Below, in pieces: positions 14,743-24,546 of a DNA stretch of 64,000 nt. This DNA comes from Blastocatellia bacterium (GTDB taxonomy: Bacteria > Acidobacteriota > Blastocatellia > UBA7656 > JADIYM01), in assembly GCA_044224215.1 (NCBI GenBank), contig JBGAKX010000005.1:7350-71349 (forward strand), given 5' to 3'. Made by a program: the position numbers and the translations under genes. Under the pieces are notes generated by a model that saw only the letters and a list, made by a program, of their open reading frames with translations, was not told the DNA's origin and ran no database searches. Every line of letters starts with the position of its first letter. The stretch's first letter is position 1.

Positions 14743-16014
14743 ATGAAGAAGACGACGCTCATCGCCCTCGTCGCGTTCGTGATCGCGAGTCTCTCAATGG
14801 TCCGTCCCGCTCAAGCGGGCGTGGGGGACAGCATTCGCAGGCTTGCGGTGTACGACGCGGGAATCGCCGAGTTCCTTGAAGAACGGACGCTCAGCCTGCA
14901 ACCGGGCACGAACACGATCGAATGGCGCAGCCTGATGCCCAAGGCAATGCTCAACACACTGCGCGTCACCGTCGAAGGCGCCGACATCCTGCGTCAGGAC
15001 GTGACGTACGACGGAGCCGACATCGCGGGCAACAAGACTCCCGTCCTTCACCTCGTCGTCGACAACCGCGGCGCGGCGGCATCACGCCGTGTCCTCGTCG
15101 ACTACCTCGCCCCGGACATCGACTGGCGCAGCGACTACACGCTCGCGCTCGAACCGGGCACGAACGGTGCGCCTCCGACCTCCGCGACGCTCGACTCGTG
15201 GGTCACGATGCAGAACAGGACCGGCGCCGACCTGCATGCCGCGTCCGTCGACCTGATCGCGGGCGACATCAATCTCGTCGGAGGCGACGCCGCGCAGTAC
15301 CGCCAACTCGCGTATCAGGCCAACGCGCAGATGGCATCGTACGACAGCTCGTCGACGGAGGCGGGTGTCGGCGGCGCCGTCGTCAGCGGATTGAGCGTGT
15401 TCACGCGGTTCTCGCTCGGGCGCGACATTTCGCTCAACTCGAACACGCCCCTGTGCCGGTTTCCGCTGTTCCAGCACGCAAGGATGGCTGTCGAGGAGCG
15501 AAAGGTATTCGAGAACGAGTACTCCGTGCAGACGCTCGCGCGGGGGAACTTTGTCCTGATCCCCGTCGGGCTCGAGGTTCGGATTGTCACAAAGAACACG
15601 ACGGGAGCGCCGATGCCCGCAGGCACGGTCACGATCTATGCGCGATCCGGCGAGTTCTTTGGGATCGTCGGCCAGGACCGCGTGGGATTCACGCCGGAAG
15701 GGCAGGAGTTCAGCGTGTCGCAGGGTCGTTCGACGACGCTGCTCGGCACTCGCCGTGTGCTCGAGCGGCGCGTCGACGGGCCGTCGAGCACGGACAGGCT
15801 CGTGACCAAGATCGAGGTGGTTCTGACCAACCGATCGTCGGTCGCGGCCGAGGCCTACGTGCGCGAGGGAATCGAGCAGTACGACGACAATCACTGGACC
15901 GTGCTGGAGAGCACGCATCCGAGCGAACGCATCGGTTCCAACAAGTTGCAGTTCAAAGTCACGGTGCCGGCGAACGGATCGACGACCATCGCCTATACGG
16001 TCGAAAACCGCTAG
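14743..16014 (+). CDS. Secreted DUF4139 (DUF4140/DUF4139, 'mucoidy inhibitor MuiA-like') family protein
   Basis: Signal peptide MKKTTLIALVAFVIASLSMVRPAQA. Overall architecture and conserved C-terminal region are typical of DUF4139 proteins. Assigned by recognition only. Confidence 0.5.
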   Translation: MKKTTLIALVAFVIASLSMVRPAQAGVGDSIRRLAVYDAGIAEFLEERTLSLQPGTNTIEWRSLMPKAMLNTLRVTVEGADILRQDVTYDGADIAGNKTPVLHLVVDNRGAAASRRVLVDYLAPDIDWRSDYTLALEPGTNGAPPTSATLDSWVTMQNRTGADLHAASVDLIAGDINLVGGDAAQYRQLAYQANAQMASYDSSSTEAGVGGAVVSGLSVFTRFSLGRDISLNSNTPLCRFPLFQHARMAVEERKVFENEYSVQTLARGNFVLIPVGLEVRIVTKNTTGAPMPAGTVTIYARSGEFFGIVGQDRVGFTPEGQEFSVSQGRSTTLLGTRRVLERRVDGPSSTDRLVTKIEVVLTNRSSVAAEAYVREGIEQYDDNHWTVLESTHPSERIGSNKLQFKVTVPANGSTTIAYTVENR

Positions 16015-16047
16015 TGTCGTTTTGGCAATCGTGGTATTGAGGGCCGC

Positions 16048-16527
16048 ATGATACTACGAGCGCTTCTCTTCATTCGCCTGCCGATCGTCCTGATTGTCAT
16101 CTGGACGGTGATGCGTTTCCTGATGGGAACGGCGTTTAACCAGCCGTATGCCCCTCGTGGAAACGCGGTGTTCTCGATCATCAACCTCACGGTGATCTCA
16201 GCGATCTACTACGGCGCGCTCTCCAAGCGCATCGGACACTTCTCGTGGATCGGCACGATCCTTATCGGCGTGCTGATCGCCGAGGTCGCGCAGGTAATGA
16301 TCTTCTCGGCGACCGGGTTGAGCTTCATGCTTGGACGCACGACCTACTTCACGCATTGGGATGCGTTGAACCTTCCCGAGGGAACCGTTCCGACGATGGG
16401 CCAGGCGATGGGAATACGGGCCATGGCGTTCATCTTCGCGCCCATTTCGGGGATCGTCACGGTCGTGGTTGGGCGACTCCTTGCAGGCCTCGCTCCTGGC
16501 GCAAGGGCGGGGGCCGCAGCGGAGTAG
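16048..16527 (+). CDS. Hypothetical small integral membrane protein (4 predicted TM helices)
   Basis: Hydrophobic helices across the whole 159 aa, with no recognisable motif. Confidence 0.4.
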   Translation: MILRALLFIRLPIVLIVIWTVMRFLMGTAFNQPYAPRGNAVFSIINLTVISAIYYGALSKRIGHFSWIGTILIGVLIAEVAQVMIFSATGLSFMLGRTTYFTHWDALNLPEGTVPTMGQAMGIRAMAFIFAPISGIVTVVVGRLLAGLAPGARAGAAAE

Positions 16528-16550
16528 CTCGACAGCGAACCTGCCGTCGG

Positions 16551-16796
16551 TCAGGTCCGGCTCGCAGACACCAACGAACACTCGGCCGAGCAGTAGGTTG
16601 CTCGGCCGGGTGGTCGGATTGCGCGCTCGCCAAGGACATAGACACCGCACGTCGCGCACGGCACCATCAGCCGGCGCGCATCGCGCGTTCGCGCGGCCGA
16701 GCCGTCAGGTCGCTGCACGGGATCGACCGCCGCGCCCACCGCCTTCGCGATCAGGAACGCAAAGAACGCAGCAACGATCATTCTGAGAATGTCCAT
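16551..16796 (-). CDS. Hypothetical small membrane-anchored zinc-ribbon protein
   Basis: N-terminal TM helix (IVAAFFAFLIAKAV), then C-x2-C ... C-x3-C (CATCG...YCSAEC). It competes with overlapping frame ORFs, so confidence is low. Confidence 0.3.
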   Translation of the reverse strand: MDILRMIVAAFFAFLIAKAVGAAVDPVQRPDGSAARTRDARRLMVPCATCGVYVLGERAIRPPGRATYCSAECSLVSASRT

Positions 16797-16967
16797 CGTC
16801 CGTCCCCCAGTCGCCAGCTGGGGAAAACGATACCACGGCCGGGTGCCGTGTGTCGGGACGCAATCCGGGCCTGGGGGCTCCCGTGAGCGTGCCCGTGTTC
16901 CTATGTAGAATGCCTACTATTCCGCATTCGGCGAGCATGCAACGGACGGTCGGCCGTCACGCTTGAC

Positions 16968-18761
16968 TCAGCTCTTCCCGAATACAGCAACACTGATCGT
17001 CAACGTAGTGGTTCGAGGCGGCTGGTCGGTCGCGGAACGAGTCACAACGTCTCCCGGCACGTGCCATTTTTCGACGAGATACGAAACGATAGCCTCTGTT
17101 CTCTCGTCGGCGATTCCCGCGTGTTCACCCGGTTCCCCGCCGCCCGTGACCGTCCCCCGAAGCATCGGATACTCGGAGATGCTTTGGCCGGCAATATCGA
17201 GCGTCGCCGCAATCGCTGGCGTAACGACTGCGCTGTTGCGAGCGAACACAAGTGGCTCGAGCGTCGCGTTCACGCGAACAAGGACCACCCTGGCGTCCGC
17301 AATTGCGACCCGTTGACGGATATCTTCGACGATCAACTCGAGTGCGTCGCTGCTGACGTCGTGGTCGCTCAAGTAGACAATCCTGATGCCGAGCGGTTCG
17401 CCTGGTCCGGTGAACAGCGAGTAGGTAACGAGTTGGGCTGGTTCGGGAAGGCGAAGCCCGCGTAACTCCTCCGCAGTACGCGTCACGAGCTGTTCCTGGA
17501 TCCTTGCCACCGTCGGAGGCTCTTCAATCTTTGGCGACTCTGCACTTCGCCTGAGCAGATTCGCCGTCGTTGTCGGAATCTGAACGAGCTGGATAGACAT
17601 CGAGTCCACAGGCTCACCCAGTTTCTGCGCAATCAAGTTCTTGAAGTCGCCACTTTCGATGTCGGTGTAGGGTTTGCTCGTGAAAACGGTGAGTTGCAGG
17701 TTTGTCTTGCCGGCGTCGTCGGATACATTCAGCGCTCCAAGATAGGAACGCTGAGAGCCGTCGGGCATCCGCGCGAAACTGGACTGCCAAACAGTCTGGA
17801 CGACCTGGCGAAGTCTGGCATCTTGCTGCTGCGAGAGGATTTCCGACTTGAGTTGACTAAACGACCTGCTCAGCGGAACGAGTGTTATCAGGATGATCAC
17901 CGTGACGGACAGCAGCCGTCCGGGAAGAGTTCCGATCCGCTGGAGCTTCTGGAGCGTGGGAAGCGCATCGATGCGCCTCTGGACAAACCGGCTCTCCGGA
18001 TCATCATATTTCCACGCGGTCACGCGCTCCCGAACGGCATCCGTATCAATGTGAAGGATCAGATACACGATCATCGCCGTGAACGTGATCGCGACAAGGT
18101 TTGTGAAGAAGAGCAGGCCGCCACCCATGGCGACCTGTCTTCCCTCAGTCGGATCGAGGCTCACAGCGACGCCAAGTCCGTACCCGACAACGCACAGTGG
18201 CGGCATCAACGCCACGGCAATGGCAACACCCGGGATCGAGGTTGCGATGCCCTTGACGTCCTTGCAGGTCGCAAGCGACCCAATGGCGCCCGAAAAGAGT
18301 GCAACGGCCAGATCTAGCGTGTTTGGATGTGTCCGGCTGAGTATCTCGCCAGTGATCTCCTTGAACGGCAGCACGCCCACCAGCAGCAACGCGAAACCGA
18401 TTGCAAGAGCGCAGCTCAATACGAGCTTCACAAACCCCCGTACGCCAAGGACGAGGTCCCCCGCCGCCAGCGCAAGGCCGCACGCGAGTATCGGCCCCAT
18501 GAGGGGAGAGATGAGCATCGCGCCGATGATGACGGCCGGACTATTCAGGACGAGGCCGAGCGTGGCGATACCGGCTGAAAACAGGGCCTGCAGCCAGTAG
18601 CTTCCGTCAAGCATGGTTGCCGACTGCTCGAGCTCAATATAGAGGCCGACCTTGCGCTCCTCCGTGATTCCTATGCTCGACGCCACCCGATCCCGAATTG
18701 CATTCAGACGGTAGAGCGCTGGAGGGGAGTGTGTCCGTTCCGGGCTAGACACGAGATTCAC
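16968..18761 (-). CDS. DUF389-family integral membrane protein (TIGR00341-like) with large C-terminal soluble region
   Basis: N-terminal poly-TM region with the GAMLISPLMGPI motif typical of DUF389, then a ~300-aa hydrophilic tail. Confidence 0.6.
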   Translation of the reverse strand: MNLVSSPERTHSPPALYRLNAIRDRVASSIGITEERKVGLYIELEQSATMLDGSYWLQALFSAGIATLGLVLNSPAVIIGAMLISPLMGPILACGLALAAGDLVLGVRGFVKLVLSCALAIGFALLLVGVLPFKEITGEILSRTHPNTLDLAVALFSGAIGSLATCKDVKGIATSIPGVAIAVALMPPLCVVGYGLGVAVSLDPTEGRQVAMGGGLLFFTNLVAITFTAMIVYLILHIDTDAVRERVTAWKYDDPESRFVQRRIDALPTLQKLQRIGTLPGRLLSVTVIILITLVPLSRSFSQLKSEILSQQQDARLRQVVQTVWQSSFARMPDGSQRSYLGALNVSDDAGKTNLQLTVFTSKPYTDIESGDFKNLIAQKLGEPVDSMSIQLVQIPTTTANLLRRSAESPKIEEPPTVARIQEQLVTRTAEELRGLRLPEPAQLVTYSLFTGPGEPLGIRIVYLSDHDVSSDALELIVEDIRQRVAIADARVVLVRVNATLEPLVFARNSAVVTPAIAATLDIAGQSISEYPMLRGTVTGGGEPGEHAGIADERTEAIVSYLVEKWHVPGDVVTRSATDQPPRTTTLTISVAVFGKS

Positions 18762-18847
18762 GTTCGACCACCAAGTCGCACGGCGCAGGCAACGAGCACA
18801 CGAGTAACCTGGCGTCAGGTATGACTATGAAGCGCTGCTTGGCGAGA

Positions 18848-19963
18848 TCAGACATCGTCATCATCGGTTGAACGCTCCAGATACTTGATAAGGAGCACTT
18901 CGTTTCCCTTCTCGTTGAAGATGACTTCGTCAACAAGCTGCGACGCCATCAGGATACCAAATCCACCAGGGCGCATTCCCTGCGTCTCGCGAACAGCCAT
19001 GTGGGCAATCGGGTCACTCATCGGGTTCGAGGTGGCCGAGTGTGCAAGATTTTCTGGATCGAATCCCGCGCCGGGGTCCCGAAAGTGATAGATCACCGCA
19101 CCGCGTCCGCGCACGATCGACACGTCGACGGTGGTACCCGCGTCAAAACCAGCACCGTGTTCCATCGCATTGAGCAGAATTTCGCGAAACGCCCGGAGCA
19201 GCGCGGCCCGCTCGCTGCTCGGGACATCCGATTGAAGCTCATCCACAAACTGAACGATCCGGTCCGCTGTCATCGGTCTACTCGACGCTCGAAGCGTGAG
19301 CCACGTGTTCGACGCAGAAACAACCTCGATGCCGTCACGCCAGTGCTCGGTCTTGATCGCACGACGAACTGCCTCCTCGAAATCGCCGGCGGCGAATGGC
19401 TCACCAAAACATGCAAACGCATGGCTCCGAAGTACGTCGACAATGCGGTCCTGGGGAGACCCGGCTACGAGCAGAATGACTCTCATTCCAGGCGAGATGC
19501 CGTTCGCTTCGTCGAGAAATGCGAGATCCGCCTCAACAGGCAGGTCCGACTGCGTCACAACGACGTCATAGCCCCCACCGCGCATGAGCCTCAGAGCGCC
19601 TATTCCGTTCGACACCGACGCGATTCCACAGCTCTCGCTGGCAGCCACCCGTTCGAGCAGGGCGAGCGTTGCCGAATCACGGCCGACGTAGAGGAGATTT
19701 GGCACGGTGTCACTTGAAGATGGGACGCGCGCAGCGTCGAGCGGCCGGACCACGCCAGCCACCGGAACGTCAGGAGTCTGCAGCACGTCGTATACGTCGA
19801 GCAAGAGGGTTTCTTGTCGCGATGTTACGCCGCTCGGCAAATCAGCAACAGCACGATGTCTGGCGAGTTGAGTGCAGTGCGAAACGCAAGGTTTGCGACG
19901 TCGTGACTCCATACTGCCCGAGTGCGGCGAGAACAACATCGCGGCGAGGAGGATGTCTCGCAC
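18848..19963 (-). CDS. Receiver-like domain fused to an RsbW/SpoIIAB-type anti-sigma-factor serine kinase domain (HATPase_c_2)
   Basis: Central REC-like fold (LLYVGRD...YDVVVTQSDLP...VILLVAG). The C-terminus carries EILLNAMEHG (N-box) and RDPGAGFD (G-box) of partner-switching kinases. The exact start is uncertain. Confidence 0.55.
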   Translation of the reverse strand: MRDILLAAMLFSPHSGSMESRRRKPCVSHCTQLARHRAVADLPSGVTSRQETLLLDVYDVLQTPDVPVAGVVRPLDAARVPSSSDTVPNLLYVGRDSATLALLERVAASESCGIASVSNGIGALRLMRGGGYDVVVTQSDLPVEADLAFLDEANGISPGMRVILLVAGSPQDRIVDVLRSHAFACFGEPFAAGDFEEAVRRAIKTEHWRDGIEVVSASNTWLTLRASSRPMTADRIVQFVDELQSDVPSSERAALLRAFREILLNAMEHGAGFDAGTTVDVSIVRGRGAVIYHFRDPGAGFDPENLAHSATSNPMSDPIAHMAVRETQGMRPGGFGILMASQLVDEVIFNEKGNEVLLIKYLERSTDDDDV

Positions 19964-20129
19964 GTTGCGAGACGCTACGCAGTGTTTGTCCGACGCGAGG
20001 TGCGCGTGGTCGTGTCACCGGTCTTGGCGCGTTTCACAGCCCAATGGCTGCAGGGCTGGGGCTGTCTCTATGCCGACATCATCGCGGCGTGGTTGATCGA
20101 AATCGGGCCGGGCCATATGATGCAAACCA

Positions 20130-21992
20130 ATGCGCCTGATTCGCAGAGTCAGAGCCGCGTGGCGCCTCGGGGGACGGCGAGGCGCGGAAGCCGGAGCTCT
20201 CCGGGTCCTGGTGTCGCTCCTCCCGTCCGAGCGGCAACGTGTCTTCGCTCTCACGATCGTTGCCGGAGTCGTGTGTGGCGCTGTTGCCGTTGCGTTTCAC
20301 CTCGCGATCCGTCTCGCCGAGCGGTTCCTGATCGACCGCTCGTTTTCGGCGCCCGGAACATGGCAAGTCATACTGGTGATTGCGACGCCGACACTCGGTG
20401 GACTCGTGTGCGGCCTCCTCCTTCACTACGTATTTCCGGGAGCTCGTGGCAGTGGAATACCCCAGGTAAAGGCCGCGTACGCCGTCAATGGCGGCCGCGT
20501 TCCGCTTCGGGACGCCGTGGGCAAGTTTCTCGTCGGCGCACTACAGATTGGATCTGGCGCGTCGCTTGGCCGCGAAGGTCCAACGGTCCACATATGTGCA
20601 GGCGTTGTGAGCCGCCTCGGACGCATGGCGGCGCTGTCGCGTCCAAACCTCGCGCGACTGCTGCCGGTCGGCGCCGCTGCAGGCATCGCGGCGGCGTTCA
20701 ACGCGCCCATTGCCGCGGTCACGTTTGCACTCGAGGAGATCGTGGGCGATCTCGATCAGACCATGCTCTCTGGAGTGGTCGTTGCCGCCGCCCTCGCAGC
20801 AGTCACCGAGCGCGGTGTCCTCGGCGAACACCCCGTGTTCGCCGTTCCTCGCGGATACGGACTACACTACGCGTCGTCACTCGGTCTGTATGCGTTTCTC
20901 GGAATCCTTGCAGGTTTCGCGTCACTCGGGTTCACTGAATCGCTCCTGAAACTGCGCGCGCGTTTTCTCGCGATGACGATCGTTCCGAAATGGGCGCAAC
21001 CCGCTCTTGGAGGCCTGGTGACGGGAAGCCTCGCTGTCGTGGCTGCCGTATGGCTTCAGACCGGGGGTGTCACGGGTGGCGGCTATGACACGCTTCTCGA
21101 AGCGCTCTCAGGAAACCTTGGTTTCAAGGTCCTGCTCGTGCTTGGTGGGCTGAAGCTTGTCGCAACTGTTTTCAGCTACAGCAGCGGAGGTGCGGGCGGT
21201 ATCTTCGCTCCTGCACTTTTCATTGGCGGAATGCTCGGCGGCGCGGTGGGATGGTGCGATGTGGCTTTGTTTCATCACCCGCAATCCGAGGTCGGCGCCT
21301 TTGCGCTCGTCGGCATGGGGGCTGTGTTTGCTGGGATCATCCGCGCGCCTATTACGTCTGTGCTCATCATCTTTGAGATGACGGACGGATACTCGCTCGT
21401 ACTCCCACTCATGATCGCAAACATGACGGCGTACGGTCTGGCGCGCCGTTGGCGTCCGACACCCATATACGACGCGTTGCTCGAGCAGGATGGAATCCAC
21501 CTGCCGCACAGGCGCGGCACGGTCAGCCACGCGCTCGAACTCGTGCGAGTCTCTGATGCGATGACCGTTGACCTGGTCACCCTGCCAGCCGCGTTGACCA
21601 CTGACGAGGCCGCCAGGCGGACACAGGAGCTCAGTCATTCAACTTACCCGATCGTTGACGAGCGAGGTGTGTTTGGTGGATTGGTTACGCGAAACAGAAT
21701 GCGGCGCGTCGTCGCGGAAGGTTCCGGTAACGACGAGCTTCAGAAGATCGCCGATCGCGCCAATTATGTCTATCCGGACTATGCGCTCACGCGCGCAGCA
21801 GTACGTATGAACAACCAGGGCGTGTCGCAACTGGCGGTTGTCGACCGCGCAGACGGCCGGCTCGTCGGGTTGATCGCAATGTCGGATATCGTGCGGGCTC
21901 AGGCACGCGCCGTCGAAGAGATCAGCGATATCGACGTTTCCATCGTCCCTCGCTCGAAAGCGACCGCTTCAGAAGACTTCTACCGAGGATGA
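20130..21992 (+). CDS. ClC-family chloride channel / H+-Cl- antiporter with two C-terminal CBS domains
   Basis: ClC selectivity motifs GSGIP, GREGP, and GxFxP-like (GIFAP). C-terminal CBS pair. Confidence 0.85.
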   Translation: MRLIRRVRAAWRLGGRRGAEAGALRVLVSLLPSERQRVFALTIVAGVVCGAVAVAFHLAIRLAERFLIDRSFSAPGTWQVILVIATPTLGGLVCGLLLHYVFPGARGSGIPQVKAAYAVNGGRVPLRDAVGKFLVGALQIGSGASLGREGPTVHICAGVVSRLGRMAALSRPNLARLLPVGAAAGIAAAFNAPIAAVTFALEEIVGDLDQTMLSGVVVAAALAAVTERGVLGEHPVFAVPRGYGLHYASSLGLYAFLGILAGFASLGFTESLLKLRARFLAMTIVPKWAQPALGGLVTGSLAVVAAVWLQTGGVTGGGYDTLLEALSGNLGFKVLLVLGGLKLVATVFSYSSGGAGGIFAPALFIGGMLGGAVGWCDVALFHHPQSEVGAFALVGMGAVFAGIIRAPITSVLIIFEMTDGYSLVLPLMIANMTAYGLARRWRPTPIYDALLEQDGIHLPHRRGTVSHALELVRVSDAMTVDLVTLPAALTTDEAARRTQELSHSTYPIVDERGVFGGLVTRNRMRRVVAEGSGNDELQKIADRANYVYPDYALTRAAVRMNNQGVSQLAVVDRADGRLVGLIAMSDIVRAQARAVEEISDIDVSIVPRSKATASEDFYRG

Positions 21993-22436
21993 GCTGGTTG
22001 AAGGATGGCACGGCCCGCGACCCCTGGCCGCCGGTGCTTCGAGCGGCCGCAACCTGCAGAATCGTGCACGATTCTCGGCAGCTCCTCGAGTCGCGCACTC
22101 GTCCGCGGCCGGCTCTGGCCACGCAAAGAAGAATTGAAGGGCTTCTCAACTCGGAGTACGCTATGTCCGTCCCCAACCCTGGTTAGTGTGATTCCTTCCA
22201 AGTCACTATGGATTTGACGTCACGTCAGACGGTTGCCGGAACCTCGTTCTGCATGCCGAATTCATTCTTCAGCGACGTTGTCAGGCTGAACCGCCTCGGG
22301 ACCGTCAACGGTTGTTCGCCCGGCCGAAACCGATTGTGCGCGACGTCGCGTGCTGATGCTGTCGATTCTGGCTGTGCGGCCGGTTCATAAGTGCCTGTCC
22401 AGCTCGGTCGGGATCGCACAAGGAGCTCAATCAGAA

Positions 22437-24440
22437 ATGCGTAACCTCATTCGTCCGTTACGGCTTGCTCTTATTCTCGGTGCGGTTGTAATCGCACTCT
22501 CCATTGTGTCAGTACACGGCCGTGCACAGCAGGGCGCCGTCGACCTCGACAAGGTTGCGGGTGCGAACCGAGCTCGAGCGGTGCGCGACGCGCTCGCCGT
22601 GCGAGTCGGGGGCATTGACAAGCTTCGCGTCCCATCGAGCGACGCTGCTCTTCCGCAACCGTTGCTCACGGACGGGGCGCCTGACCCTCGCTACCAGATC
22701 ACGGAGGCAAAGAGGTATCTGGGAAAGCTTCTCTTCTTCGACCCTGTCCGGTCCAACCGTATTCACCCGGAGTTCGGAGGCCTTCCGTCCACGGCGCGCA
22801 CCGGTTCGTGCGGGTCATGCCATCTCGGCGAGGTCGCTGGGAAGGCGGGACAAGTGATAAACCTCCACTTGGGGGGCGAGGGACGCGGATTCACCGATTC
22901 GGCCGGAGTGTTTCATGTCCGCAGGCGCATTCAACCGGGTCTGCAAGACGTTATCCCAACCGGCCAGCAGGAGATCATCAACGGCATCGTCGTCAAGGAC
23001 GGACGCTTTGATGCCGTCGACTCCGTTCCGCGTCTATCTCCGAGCATGATCGGTTTTGGATTCAACACACGCCTGCTGTTGAACGGCAAGGCCGGTGAGA
23101 CGGAGTCGGTTGACAATCCGCACCACCTTCCCGCGGCCGAGAATCTTTGCGAAATCGCATTCAACGTTCATCGAATGCTCGAGACCCAGCAATCGGCGAT
23201 TCAGGAATCGCCCGTCTACGTGAAGCTGTTTCACGACGCGTTTCCCGACGAGGCCGCCATCTACGAGCAGACCCTCGATATCAACGATCTGATCAACGAT
23301 GCAACGATCGAACGGGCTGTGGCGACCTTTCTTCGCACGGTCGTCACAAGGAACACGCCGTTTGACCGTTTCCTCGCTGGCGACGACAGTGCACTTACGA
23401 AGAGGCAGCTTAACGGTCTGAAGTTGTTTCTCAACGATACCGCGCACGGCGGGGCAAATTGCATCCAGTGCCACAGTGGTCCGATGCTCAACAAGCAGCT
23501 TGGTGACGAAGCGGGCGTGCTTGTCAACGAGAACTTCTTCAATGTCGGTGTAGGCGACCACCCGCTCCAGCAGCTCGGCGCCATCGCGCTCGAGGACCCG
23601 AACCACCACGATATCGGCCGCGGCGAGATCACGCTGCAATCGGAAGACAACTACAAGTTCCGGACGCTGACGCTGCGGCAGCTCAGGGATTCGGGTGGAC
23701 AGATGATGCATTCGGCGCTGTTCACTTCGACGCGCGAGGTCGTGAACTACTTCAACGCGGGTATACCCCAGGATGCTCTTGCCGTGGCCGCCGGCAATGT
23801 CACGCCGCTCTTTACGCACCCTCGCGGGCCCGGCTCTGAACCCGGGCTTGGGCTGACGCCGAGACAGATTGACGCTCTCGTCGATTTCCTCGACAACGGT
23901 CTCTATGATCCGGCATTCGCGCGCTTCGACCCGAACTCGTCGACGGATTCATTCGAGCTCAACGAGCGGGATCTGATCTATTCGGCGAACCGGCCCGAGC
24001 TTGTTGCATACGGCGCAGTCGACGGATTGATGCCGAGCGGACTCTGCCCGTCGAGCGACGATGGCCTGACCCGGCGCGACCGTGGGCTCGAGTTCCTCGA
24101 TGTGAGCCGACAGATCTTTGTCGGCGTGCGCGGGGTTGAGCGAGACGCCGCGCACAATATGGAGACGCATCACTTGTCGCTCACGAACATCGGAAGCAGC
24201 CCCATCGACACGCATCTCCTGATGTGCTTCATGAATCTGTCGCCTGGGGCGTCGGTTGTCGGCGCAGAAGGGTTTTCGGAGCACCTGCCGTCACCTGGTG
24301 TCCCGTACATGCGCGAATTCGTGCCGCACGGCGAGGTCGACCCCGGCGAGACGATGAATGTCGACGTCATATTCCGAACGAACTCAGCCGAGCAAGTGGG
24401 CTTTACGCTCGATTTCCTGAGCGGCCAGGGCAAGCCGTAG
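22437..24440 (+). CDS. Di-heme cytochrome c peroxidase (CCP/MauG) family protein with extended N-terminal region, secreted
   Basis: Two CxxCH motifs (CGSCH, CIQCH...GPM) in CCP-like spacing and order. The ATG at 22437 is preceded by AGGAG, followed by signal peptide MRNLIRPLRLALILGAVVIALSIVSVHGRAQQ. The ORF-track start at 22350 was rejected. Confidence 0.65.
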   Translation: MRNLIRPLRLALILGAVVIALSIVSVHGRAQQGAVDLDKVAGANRARAVRDALAVRVGGIDKLRVPSSDAALPQPLLTDGAPDPRYQITEAKRYLGKLLFFDPVRSNRIHPEFGGLPSTARTGSCGSCHLGEVAGKAGQVINLHLGGEGRGFTDSAGVFHVRRRIQPGLQDVIPTGQQEIINGIVVKDGRFDAVDSVPRLSPSMIGFGFNTRLLLNGKAGETESVDNPHHLPAAENLCEIAFNVHRMLETQQSAIQESPVYVKLFHDAFPDEAAIYEQTLDINDLINDATIERAVATFLRTVVTRNTPFDRFLAGDDSALTKRQLNGLKLFLNDTAHGGANCIQCHSGPMLNKQLGDEAGVLVNENFFNVGVGDHPLQQLGAIALEDPNHHDIGRGEITLQSEDNYKFRTLTLRQLRDSGGQMMHSALFTSTREVVNYFNAGIPQDALAVAAGNVTPLFTHPRGPGSEPGLGLTPRQIDALVDFLDNGLYDPAFARFDPNSSTDSFELNERDLIYSANRPELVAYGAVDGLMPSGLCPSSDDGLTRRDRGLEFLDVSRQIFVGVRGVERDAAHNMETHHLSLTNIGSSPIDTHLLMCFMNLSPGASVVGAEGFSEHLPSPGVPYMREFVPHGEVDPGETMNVDVIFRTNSAEQVGFTLDFLSGQGKP

Positions 24441-24546
24441 CTGTCGTCGCCTGGCGGGTGGAACGAGGGGCTGCAGGCTCCTCCGATCCACTCGCCAGAC
24501 CCGACCAGATCGGTGGGCACATTGATAGGCGCCGCACGGGTATCGC

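Noticed and set aside
19922-20938. 338-aa plus-strand ORF in an alternative frame of the ClC channel gene
   Set aside because: The ClC frame contains GSGIP/GREGP signature motifs. The alternative frame is Arg-rich.
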